In this document: positions 28,400 through 37,734 of the stretch, in pieces
How positions within the stretch are numbered: the stretch's first letter is position 1
How the letters are laid out: every line of letters begins with the position of its first letter
Source of the DNA: Iphione sp. A-MEVVRFRX5
Lineage: Eukaryota
DNA: 64,000 nucleotides
Assembly: GCA_976226885.1 (NCBI GenBank)
Contig: OZ320313.1
Coordinates: forward strand, 144,956,001 to 145,020,000
Direction of reading: 5' to 3'
Translations under genes and position numbers: made by a program
The notes under the pieces: generated by a model
What the model was told of the DNA's origin: nothing
The model's database searches: none
The model's input: only the letters and a program-made list of their open reading frames with translations

Positions 28400-28455
28400 T
28401 ATGTATCAAGACAGTATTTCATGTTTTCAACATTTTAGTCTCATCAGGCACCATT
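28400..28455 (-). ncRNA. Degenerate type I hammerhead-ribozyme-like core in the PLE terminal region
   Basis: Minus strand reads CTGATGA-GAC-TAAAAT-GTT-GAAAA-CA-TGAAATAC-TGTC. Core boxes and short stems II/III are present, but there is an extra A and stem I pairs poorly. Confidence 0.45.
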
Positions 28456-28790
28456 AAGACACACTGTCAGCCCTGGGTGGCTGATCTTGACAGCTGAATG
28501 GGCATGAGATTCTAGCCATGTCGGTTCCCCATGGTTGTAACAGTTGTTGTTACAAGGTCTGTGTGGATGTGGTGTCCATGTGATAGGGCCATTGGGGCCC
28601 CACAAAGCAGTGTGTCAGTCGGTTATGGGCCTACATATGACACATTGTTGCAGCTGTCCGACATTAATTCAAAATTAAATGTTGCTCCCTGGAGTGCACC
28701 CAAGTCCATTTAGGGGCGCACCACCAGAGGTAATTGGTAAATATTTCTCATGTGGCTAGGTCTGGTGGGGCCCTGGTCTGGATATGCACT

Positions 28791-29499
28791 CTAATTGTAT
28801 GTGCCATCCATGACGTTGAGTTGCGTCGGTGCCACAGTATGTAGGCACTGAATCCAATTGTGTTCAATTAGATCTCGCAATTTTTTCGCACACAGACTTT
28901 TGGGTTCTGCATGGATGAAATCCACTATGTGGATTTCAACATCGGCAATGCCCTGATGTTCTTTGTCATTGAAGTGGTCATAAGTGACCGATCCTGATGT
29001 CTTCCTCTTGATGTTACCAAAATGGCCTTGGAATCTGTCCATATTGTCGACCACATCTAGTGCATGTCATGCAGTAGATCAAGTTGGAGCTTTTGCAGCT
29101 GGCATTGGTTTTTGCTGCATAACTCCTTTTGCTATGTGTGCTCATGATGTGACCCGATTTGTTGATTTTCAGGCAGTATCTACATGTGCAGGTGGAGCAT
29201 ATATTTGTGGGGGGCTCCCATGTTTTGTCCTTTTCAGTGTCAGGTAGTCTGACCTTGACAAGCATGTCCCAGAGATGTTTTGGCCTTCGCAGGCCACATA
29301 TGAAGCCATCTGCATGTATGGATTGGGTTGAGCATGATTGACCTAGTAGGTCCCAATTTTCTTGGACACCTTTCTTTAGGCCGTCATAAGCCAGGTGGAA
29401 CGTCATGACCAATATTGATATTGGATCAGCCTCCTCAATTGGATAAGTTTCAGTGATTTTATTTCTGAATGTTTCACAAGAGAACGTATCAGAACCCAT
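28791..29499 (-). pseudogene. PLE linker + GIY-YIG endonuclease, frameshifted by a short deletion
   Basis: Track ORFs 29014-29499 and 28791-29054: ...NLIYCMTCTRCGRQY / MDRFQGHFGNIK...DHFN...EHNWIQCLHTVAPTQLN. The usual VGxT segment after QY appears deleted. Confidence 0.85.
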
Positions 29500-29907
29500 G
29501 TGCTTCTCAATGATGTCTACATCATTGTTATTATTATTAGAGTTCAGGTGCGACTTGAATGTTTTGGGCTCTCATCTTGCTTGGGGGCATGGTTATGGGC
29601 AGGGTGACCTTCAAATTCCATGGTCCCTGGTGGTATTTGGGCCTGGGGGTGGGGGCGGGGTGCCCTCTTGGTTTGGGGGAGAGTGGAGTGTATGGGCCTA
29701 GAACATGGGCCTGAGTTCCTTTCCCCGTTGGGTCAGAGTCCATCCAGCTTCGGGACGTCTCTGGGCTGTGCCGTTCCTGTTGTTTGGTTGGGGTCTTATT
29801 TGTCCCCCGGCCTGGGCAGGGTCCCCCCTCGGGTAGAGATGGGCTTTGAAAACCTTGGGAGTTGGGCCTGGTGGATCTACCTCTACGGCGGAAAGGGTTG
29901 CGTTGAT

Positions 29908-30490
29908 CTACTGCATTGGGTTGGGTTCAGAACTTGCTGGTGCTGGGCGTTGGCCTGATTCAGTATGGGCCAAGCTGAATTCATTGCCGCAGTGGGGGCT
30001 CATGGTTGTGGCAGAGGCGGGGGGCCTGGGCATTTGGGGCTTGGACTGAACCGCCATGGGAGCCCGGGGTTCGGGCAGGGTTGGCAGGGTGCTTCTGATC
30101 CCATGGAATAGGGTGGGATCTGGCTGAAGGCTGATCAGGAATTCAGTCCATCTTTCCAGTTGTGCTTGAAGAGTGGTCCTCTCCCTCTCCACTTGTTCCC
30201 AGAGTCTCGTCTGGCAGAGTTCGAAATAAGGGCACCCTGCCTCTTCTGGCAAGTCACCCACAGTTTCGAGTACCCAGAGATTTCTCTTCCTGTCTGCTGT
30301 GGCATGACGGATGAGGCCATCGACCACTGAGTGCTGGACTCCAAAGGCAGCTTGGTGCCACATGCAGGCGATGTCCCTCAGGGTGTGCGGGTCAGCTGTG
30401 GCATAGGGCGGCAACTCTTCTGCCCATAGCTCCAGGGTGTCAGTGCGTTGAGCTCGTTCATGGCTAGGAGCCAGTGAGCTCTCGTCTCTG
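29908..30490 (-). pseudogene. N-terminal part of the PLE ORF, followed by a Pro-rich stretch
   Basis: Stop-free frame (track ORF 29908-30414, extendable upstream) on the same strand as the GIY-YIG and inside the direct repeats; no recognisable catalytic motif. Confidence 0.5.
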
Positions 30491-30506
30491 CCCTAGTGCA
30501 AAAAAA

Positions 30507-30522
30507 CTGAATCATTAGTTCT
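30507..30522. repeat. Right copy of the 16-bp direct repeat (candidate TSD) of the PLE
   Basis: Identical to 28178-28193, preceded by a 7-A run. Confidence 0.8.
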
Positions 30523-30619
30523 TAAGCCCACAATGTTCACCATATGCAGTGACAAGTGATCACTTCTGTGTCATCTCCCTTGCTACCTATGCTTTAGTAT
30601 AGTATGTGTACAGACATCT

Positions 30620-31674
30620 ATAAAGGAATCCAAGGTAGCCATATAGCCCCCGTGCTCTGTTCACTAGCAGTTACCTCATTGCCTAAAAGTCTTGCTCTAA
30701 CTAAAACGGTCATTTTTGCTGATGACATCACTATATATTGTGAGGCTGCCAACCAACTTACTCTTAGGTTGAAACACCAAAGGGCCTATCAGACGTAGCT
30801 ACATGGTGCAAATCAAATGGTTGTATTCTAAATCCTAGCAAGACATTCTATATGACCTTTAGTTTGGGCCCTAAAGTAGACCTAGATCTAACGTTATGTG
30901 ATGTAAAGATATCCAGAGAGAATAAGGCTGATTTCTTTGGCTTTAGACAGTCACCTCACCTGGAAACCTCTAGCAATGGTCATTAAAAGGAGAGCAAGGC
31001 AGAAAGGAAAAGAACAAGCTAAACTTTCCCCTTTACTTTCCTTTAATGGTTGAGTAAAATTATACAGATCATTTATCGACCCCATATTTGATTATGGTCT
31101 CCATATCATTGTCTATGCTGGTAAGAAGCTAATTACAAATCTTCAGGTTGAATACAATAACCTACTGAAAAGCTGCGAGATCTCTCAGGAGACAACTAGG
31201 AATAAAAGGGTTACCTGAAAGAGGTGCTGATTAAGGAGTGTAGTTGATCCACAAATTGGTAGCTCTTACGCGATGCACTCCCTTGCCTGACAGATGAATG
31301 ACTAAGAGGAGTCTTGGTCCTGTATTGCCCCTGTATAAACCAAGGTTAAGGAAAGGACATTCAATGCTTTTGGTATCTGAGGGGGCGCAGGTGGAACAGC
31401 CTTTCAGCAAACCTAAGTTGTTGCAAGAACAGTAGGAATTTCAAAAAGATGTTAATTGCCTGTCATTAGGATCTCATTTCCTATCTCATTGTCACCTATT
31501 GCCCCAGTGGCTTTGGGCGAAATGTCATGTAATAAAATGTTTTGTACCCTTTGTTCTATATGTACCATGTCTATGTCCACCTGTGTTGTTTCAGATTTGT
31601 CAGTTTCAATGGAAGGCCGTCTGTTACATGTAATAATAACTCGAGAAGTGAAATAAAAATCTATTCTATTCTAT
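30620..31674 (+). mobile_element. 5-prime-truncated CR1/L2-like LINE with 3-prime tail
   Basis: QGSHIAPVLC...IFADDI (FADD at 30715-30726), HLTWKP, RPHIDYG, WNSLSANL, then AATAAA (31652-31657) and a (TCTAT)n tail at 31659-31674. Confidence 0.8.
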
Positions 31675-32486
31675 CCACTACGTCCTCTTTTTGATCATAA
31701 CCCTGTGTTTTGATAGGAGACGACCGCAGGTGGAACTGTTCTACCTGTCTCCTGACTTTAACTGTGGAAATGAGTAGGTACCCAAAGGTCATTGGACTCA
31801 GGTGCTGATACCAAAGCCTTCTGGCTGTATGTCTGATCTTATGGAAATATGTCGTGCCGACTTGTCATATGATATTTGCGTTTCTTTCGGAGTTCCACAA
31901 GCAACACTTCACTGGCGCCGGATTTTTTTCTGGTAGTTTTGGCATAAATTATTTCCGTTGGCCGGAGAGACATGATCCGTGAAAAGAAAACGTCATATTT
32001 AATTTGAAACGCACGACCCGATCTCATATTCATCGTTACCAGTATCCTAATAAGAAGACATCGACTTCTAGAGTGTCCATTGTTGACCGAATATCAAGGC
32101 CTCGAATGTGTGCCTTTCTACATCCCATGAGGAGAGTAAAAAGAAAACAAAGGCAGAGGCAGGCAGATCGACGAGGAGAAACAGTCACGTGGGAGAACTA
32201 GCTGTGATTCACGAATAAAACTCAATTAGGACAGGTTTCTTGGGAAAGTGTACAAGGTGAAAGAAGTCGGGCCTAATGACACTTAACACTTCCACAACGT
32301 CAAATGAAATTAATAACAAATGATGGAGATGAAAAGCGTTAGGCAACCACAAATTTACCCTCCGCTTAATTTGTTTAATGGGAACGTGAACAGGAATAAG
32401 GAAATTATTTTTTGAAATTGCCGGTAACTGTTAAAATGTAATGCAATTTCCTTGAAAGGCAGTTTCTGCCTCCTCACTCTCGCTAT

Positions 32487-32634
32487 ATGTACCAAATAAG
32501 GGGTTTATTTGAATATTGATATGGGAACGTACAGCGCATCACCTAGCCAACATAACAACTATGATGACGCTCCAGCTGACGTCTGTTGTTAATGGAATGT
32601 TTGGATACCAACAGTCCTATCGATTTCAATTTTT
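32487..32634 (+). repeat. Split direct repeat A1 (148 bp)
   Basis: atgtaccaaataagggg...tcaattttt matches 36566-36713 with 3 mismatches, all in the last ~45 bp. Confidence 0.95.
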
Positions 32635-32684
32635 GACCGGTTAAGACGTGTCGTTGAGATTGAGATTCATTACTTACCTTCATC

Positions 32685-33647
32685 ATGGGTAGACATTGCT
32701 CAAAGTGTCATAGGCGCCATACTGCTCCAGTCGGCAAGAATTGACGATTTGTCGAGGAGGAAACTGGTACTGCGTCGATGGAATTTCCAGAAAGTTTATG
32801 TTTTTCAGAGCAGAATGGTAACTTTCGTGGATCGTCAAGTGGTAATGGTACCGGTGATATTGGTGCTTCTGACGGTGTTGGTAATGGTGGTTTCAAGGAG
32901 ATGTCTGCTAGGATGGGCAGACTGGAGGAAATGTTCTCCATTTTCATGTCTGCTGATAAATCAATGTTGTCGAAGTGACCAGGTGTTGACCCAGTTCCCA
33001 TGGCGAGCAAGGCGGAAGTGGTTTCTTCAAGTTCAAGTGATGTTTCATCATCTCTATCTGATTCTGACTCTGATGATGGTAGAAAGCATCGCAAGAAGAA
33101 GCAGAAGGGTAAGAAAAAATCCTTCAATGTCTCATCTGCGGCGAAAGTCAAGGACATTAAAACATTTGATGAGCTTATGCTTGGTTCAGTACGTTTAGTG
33201 CAGCGCCACCTGAAGAAGGGAGCCGATGTATCAGGATATTTAGACCATCTTATTTTTATGCTTGAGAAACAGGTCAAGAATATCTACAAAGATGGCTCTT
33301 TTGTGGACTATGATAAAGACATTCGCAAACAGGCAGAGAAGAAAGGTATTGCGAATTTTAAATTCGGAGATGATGACCTGATCCGGAGCCATTTTAGCTT
33401 CGATATGATGATTCAACCGGGTCAGCACCGTGGTAATGCTCAGAAAAGTAAGAACAAGCGTGTAGCTGATAGTAGTAAAAAGGTGGATAAAGTTTGTTAT
33501 AGATTTAACAATAACACCTGTAATGATAGTAGTTGTATTTTCCGTCATGCCTGCCTTGTGTGTGGTCATTCAGATCACAAAGCTTATGAGTGTCCGTCTA
33601 ACGTGAATAACAGTGAAAAGAAGGATGTGAAGCAGGGTAAAAAATGA
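32685..33647 (+). pseudogene. gag: Gag-like ORF1 of the Ngaro element, two in-frame TGA stops
   Basis: ATG 32685 gives MGRHCSKCHRRHTAPVGKN* (CxxCxxxH motif). The same frame continues through track ORFs 32778-32978 and 33000-33647, with TGA at 32742 and 32976. C-terminal Cys/His fingers CYRFNNNTCNDSSCIFRHACLVCGHSDHKAYECP are typical of DIRS gag. Confidence 0.85.
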
Positions 33648-35683
33648 CTGGATGATGGTTCTATGTCGACGTCAAGTGATAACGTTGAGTGTGACATGTA
33701 TTGTTTCCCAAGTTTAAAGAAGCTGGATAAACCTGTAAATTTCATGCGTGAATCTAAGCTATTTGAGGACATTGATCTTATGAACTACTGTGTTGTAGAT
33801 GATGCAGAGGAAGAAAATTGGTACATGTTAGATGTACAAAAACTTTGTATTTCCAGGTCCGCTGAAGCTGGAACATGTATGATGTATGTTATTTTTAACA
33901 GGGATAAAGTTATTAAAGTGTACAGTGACTGCCTGTTAAGAGAGTGCTCCTGTGAATATTTTATTGAGGGAGTTAAAAGTAGCCTTAGACCATGTAGGTT
34001 TTTTGATGGCTGTCCCTTTGGGTTATCAGATGTTGATAGTAGGACCTTTCTCTGGGAGGGCATCTGTAGAGGATTTAAAATCGTTAGTGATGATTTCGAA
34101 CATTCTTATTTTTGTAAAAACTATAAGTCTATAGAAGTTGACGGTTTTAGAGAAGAGATGTCTGCTAAAATTGAGAAAGAGATTTCCTCTGGTTTTGTGA
34201 GTAGGGTTGATTATATCCCTCAGTGTGTCCATGCTATTGGGGGGGTACCCAAGTCAGATGGGTCATTAAGACCTATCACGGATTGCTCCCGCCCTGAACA
34301 TATATCTATTAATAATTATATGGAGGGCCTTTACAAGGAATTTTCTTATAATTCAGTTTCGGACGTGTGTGATTTTTTGGTTCGTGGTGATTTCATGGCA
34401 GTTGTGGACATAAGTAATGCTTATAGGTCCGTGCTGGTGGAACCAGGCTGCAGAGATTATCAAGGTTTTTCATGGATGGTGGATGGCAAAAGGGAATATT
34501 TTGTTAATAATTCATTAACATTTGGATTGAAATGTGCTCCCTATATTTTTACGAAAATTTCAGACTTTATTGTTTGTGAGTTTAGGAGATTCAGCCCATC
34601 CGGTATTGTGAATTATTTAGATGACTTTATCGTGATAGGTGACAATTTTGACTCGTGTCTGGAGAATAGGGAATTGTTGACTGGTATAATCCAGGGTTTA
34701 GGCTTCGATGTTTCCTGGAAGAAGGTGACACAACCAAGTATGAGTTGCATCTATCTCAGAATTGAGATTGATTCTGATAATATGCGTCTTCGTCTCCCCG
34801 AGGGAAAGCTAGAAAAGTTGTCGAGTCTGCTGGAAAAACACTTGAAAGTGGTAAAATCTCGAGGAAAGATGGTGAGAAATTATCTGGTTACTTAGCACAT
34901 TGTTCTACTATAGTCTCAGGTGGGAGAACTTTTGTCAGAAGTCTGTATGATTTGGTTGAGAGTCTACCAAGGAATAATAAGAGGTGTAAGGTAGAGGACT
35001 TGGTTTTGGAAGACTTGAGGTGGTGGTGGTCTTTTGCAAGGATGTTCAATGGTGAAGGAAAAATCATTAATAGACTGATACCACGTTTTGTGTGTCATAC
35101 GGATTCGTCATTTGATGGTTTTGCAGGTTACTGTGATGCGGATTGGTTCTTAGGTCATTGGGATGGCAGGAAGATTGATTTGGGATGTGGTCATTTTGAG
35201 AAATAGCCTGTCATGGATCATTTCGAGAAGAATATCAATGTATTGGAATTATGGCCAGTTGTTGTTGCCTTGAAGAGGTGGTGTCGTCAGTGGGCTAATA
35301 GTTGTGTTCAATTTATGGTAGATAACACACAGGTGATGTACATGCTGAGGACAGGCCACAGTGCTAATAGGACGTGCATGTGGTGGATCGAAGAGATTTT
35401 TTGGACTTGTATGGTTTATAATATTTGTTTGGTTTGTGATTATATTGGAACGAAGGATAATGTTGTAGCAGACACTTTATCTAGGTTCAGTGGTTGTTTG
35501 TCTGTATCTGATGGTAGATGGCTGTCTTGGCGTGATCAAGCTTGCTGTAGGGATTTTCTTATTACTTGCAGGGAGAATCAAGGATCTGGATGTGCAGGTG
35601 AAGAGGTTGAAGGCAGCATCTTTCTCAAGGAACACCTTGAAAATGCGGAAGAGGCAGGAGGAGGTGTACTTGAAGTTCTGTAG
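33648..35683 (+). pseudogene. pol: Reverse transcriptase + RNase H (pol) of the Ngaro element, one frameshift and one premature stop
   Basis: RT motifs IGGVPKSDGSLRPITDCS, AVVDISNAYRSV, LTFGLKCAPYIF, VNYLDDF. A 1-bp deletion near 34845-34847 shifts into SGKISRKDGEKLSGYLAHCSTIVSGGRTF. TAG at 35204-35206. RNase H motifs HTDSS, NINVLELWPVV, VDNTQV, DNVVADTLSR. Confidence 0.92.
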
Positions 35684-36521
35684 TGAATATGGTTTTGTTT
35701 CCTATCCATGTTGTCAGTTGCAATTTAGGAGGTATTGTGCTTACTTGAGTTTTCGGTTGAATCCTTCGTCAGTCATGAATTACCTGAGTGGCTTGATCTT
35801 TGAACACAAGGTAAGGGGTTTGGATTATCCTGATGTTCAAGATTTTAATATTAAGTGGATGATAAATGGCTTGAAAAGGAATTTTGTGGGCCCAAGCATG
35901 GTGGCCAGGGGCCTGTCTTTGGAGGATTTGGTTAGAATTCATAGGGCCTTGGATTTCTCTGTTCTTTTTAATTATTTGTTCTGGTGTGCAATTTTGTTGG
36001 GTTTTCGTGGTTTGTTAAGGAAGAATCAGTTCACGGGTAATAGTGGTATTAGAAGAGGTGATGTGGTTTTTTCAAAGGACAGGGTTGTTTTGAGGATTAG
36101 TAGGTCCAAAACAGATCAATTTGGAGAGAAGCCCAGAGACTTGGTGTTTTCAGTATGCGAGGATAAAAGGTTTTGTGTGTTGCTTTGGTTGAAGATGATT
36201 TTCACCAAAGTGAGGGTGGGTGATAAGGATCCCTTGTTGTCTTACGTTGAGGGTGGAGCAAAGAAGTTTTTTGATTATGAGAATTTTCTATTGCATTTAA
36301 AAAGTCTATGCAATGATGTAGGTGTTGTTGGACGTATTACTTCGCACTCATTAAGGAGGTGCAGGGCATCTCACTTAGCTAGGCTAGGCTGTCCATTACA
36401 TTCGATCAAAGCTAGGGGGAATTGGAAAAGCAACGCTGTTTTCGGATATATTAAACCCTCAGAGGAGCAACTCTTCAGGCAAGATCTATTTGTGTTTTCC
36501 TCTCTTGGGGTTGGCCACTAA
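35490..36521 (+). CDS. Tyrosine recombinase (phage-integrase family) of the Ngaro element; true start uncertain
   Basis: Uninterrupted 343-codon frame overlapping RNase H. N-terminal SAM-like region (YLKFC...VMNYLSGL...HKVRG) and catalytic motifs GFRGLLRKNQF (R), SKTDQ (K), HSLRR (HxxR), GNWKSNAVFGY (W, Y). Confidence 0.92.
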   Translation: MVVCLYLMVDGCLGVIKLAVGIFLLLAGRIKDLDVQVKRLKAASFSRNTLKMRKRQEEVYLKFCSEYGFVSYPCCQLQFRRYCAYLSFRLNPSSVMNYLSGLIFEHKVRGLDYPDVQDFNIKWMINGLKRNFVGPSMVARGLSLEDLVRIHRALDFSVLFNYLFWCAILLGFRGLLRKNQFTGNSGIRRGDVVFSKDRVVLRISRSKTDQFGEKPRDLVFSVCEDKRFCVLLWLKMIFTKVRVGDKDPLLSYVEGGAKKFFDYENFLLHLKSLCNDVGVVGRITSHSLRRCRASHLARLGCPLHSIKARGNWKSNAVFGYIKPSEEQLFRQDLFVFSSLGVGH

Positions 36522-36563
36522 TGTGTGTAAACCCCCATTTGTGTGTTCATGGAGTTTTCCTTT
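36514..36563 (+). repeat. Split direct repeat B1 (50 bp)
   Basis: gccactaatgtgtgtaaacccccatttgtgtgttcatggagttttccttt matches 36732-36781 with 1 mismatch; overlaps the YR stop codon. Confidence 0.95.
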
Positions 36564-36565
36564 CA

Positions 36566-36713
36566 ATGTACCAAATAAGGGGTTTATTTGAATATTGATA
36601 TGGGAACGTACAGCGCATCACCTAGCCAACATAACAACTATGATGACGCTCCAGCTGACGTCTGTTGTTAATTGAATGTTTGGATACCAACAGTCATATC
36701 GATATCAATTTTT
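36566..36713 (+). repeat. Split direct repeat A2 (148 bp)
   Basis: Copy of A1, separated from B1 by the dinucleotide ca. Confidence 0.95.
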
Positions 36714-36725
36714 TGTTTCTTTATG

Positions 36726-36731
36726 AATAAA
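36726..36731 (+). promoter_or_regulatory. Polyadenylation signal AATAAA between A2 and B2
   Basis: AATAAA lies directly before B2, consistent with the element transcript ending within B2 (inference). Confidence 0.55.
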
Positions 36732-36781
36732 GCCACTAATGTGTGTAAACCCCCATTTGTGTGTTCATGGAGTTCTCCTTT
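36732..36781 (+). repeat. Split direct repeat B2 (50 bp), right end of the element
   Basis: Copy of B1. Confidence 0.95.
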
Positions 36782-37599
36782 TATACATGTATATATATGT
36801 ACATGCATGTATATCTCCAATGTTGTCAGGGCCCTATAAATATATTGGACCCGGCTACTGGCTGGGACAAAACACTATGATTCACTTCAGAGTTTAGACT
36901 TACTGTGCATATTGGGTATTTAATAAGGAGTAGTTTGAAAAAGAACCAAGGATGTCCTGATTAGAGCTTTTTAATTGTATGTCATATGGTTGCGCGGCAT
37001 CTATTGCCAACTCTGATTGGAGTTTACACCTGTAACAGGTTTGAACCTAGTTACCTCTTGCGTGTCCTGTACATGTATATGACAGTGCTATGTAAGGTCG
37101 CTCGGTATGGCCCCCTTTGGTAGAGAAGAATGTTATACTATGTGGATGGGGTGGAGGAAGGCTTTGCTGATATATCTTGTGTACCTCTGTCGCATTCCAA
37201 GGGTTACTTATTCGGAATGGCATATAACAATATGAAATTGTAAATATGAAATAATTCCTGCCGATCTAGTCAGCACAACTATGGCAATGTAGAAGTGTGT
37301 CTTGGTTTCTTGGTATACGAAGTTATCAAATAAGAGAAGGCCTACATGTTTTATGTAGCCCTATTCTATACATTGGCAGAAACATATTCCCCACTAGAAA
37401 AAGGCTTCTATGCCTATATCTAAATAAAGGTTTGTCTAAACAATTCCAAAGTGGCAATATACAGTTACATTTTATATGCTTTATTAGGGAAGCCACTAAG
37501 AATAACATACCATTTGTATGTCATTATTCTAATCACACATCGCCGGGCTATAAGAGTATATAAGCTTGCCAATGAAAATGTCTTTAACACTGGTGAAAA

Positions 37600-37734
37600 T
37601 AGACCAGGTCGAAATGCTGTTTTAAATTCAGTTTTACATCGTATGCTAATATATGTGTAGTTTTCTTTTGATCGTATTGCATCATATAGGACGCATATAT
37701 CCCCCCGCCTTACCTCTAGTGTTCTTAACCTCAC
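37600..37734 (-). mobile_element. Possible LINE C-terminal fragment
   Basis: LRTLEVRRGDICVLY resembles the LxTLExRRxRGD motif near the end of LINE ORF2; short match only. Confidence 0.35.

Larger units (their letters stand above)
28194..30506 (-). mobile_element. Penelope-like element (PLE), internally deleted: GIY-YIG present, RT absent
   Basis: GIY-YIG region with the upstream Cys motif (CSTCTCRYC...CKSSNLIYCMTCTRCGRQY), an N-terminal ORF remnant, and a 3-prime region with a hammerhead-like core. Flanked by identical 16-mers ctgaatcattagttct at 28178-28193 and 30507-30522. Confidence 0.8.
32487..36781 (+). mobile_element. Full-length Ngaro/PAT-type tyrosine-recombinase retrotransposon (DIRS order), partly decayed
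   Basis: Order gag - RT/RNase H - YR, bounded by split direct repeats A1 (32487-32634) ... B1 (36514-36563), A2 (36566-36713), B2 (36732-36781). This architecture is established for Ngaro/PAT elements. No integrase, protease or methyltransferase motif seen. Confidence 0.93.

Noticed and set aside
32708-33277. 189-aa minus-strand ORF and 149-aa overlapping plus-strand ORF (32749-33198)
   Set aside because: Most simply shadows of the Ser/Gly/Asp-rich gag frame; no independent motifs.
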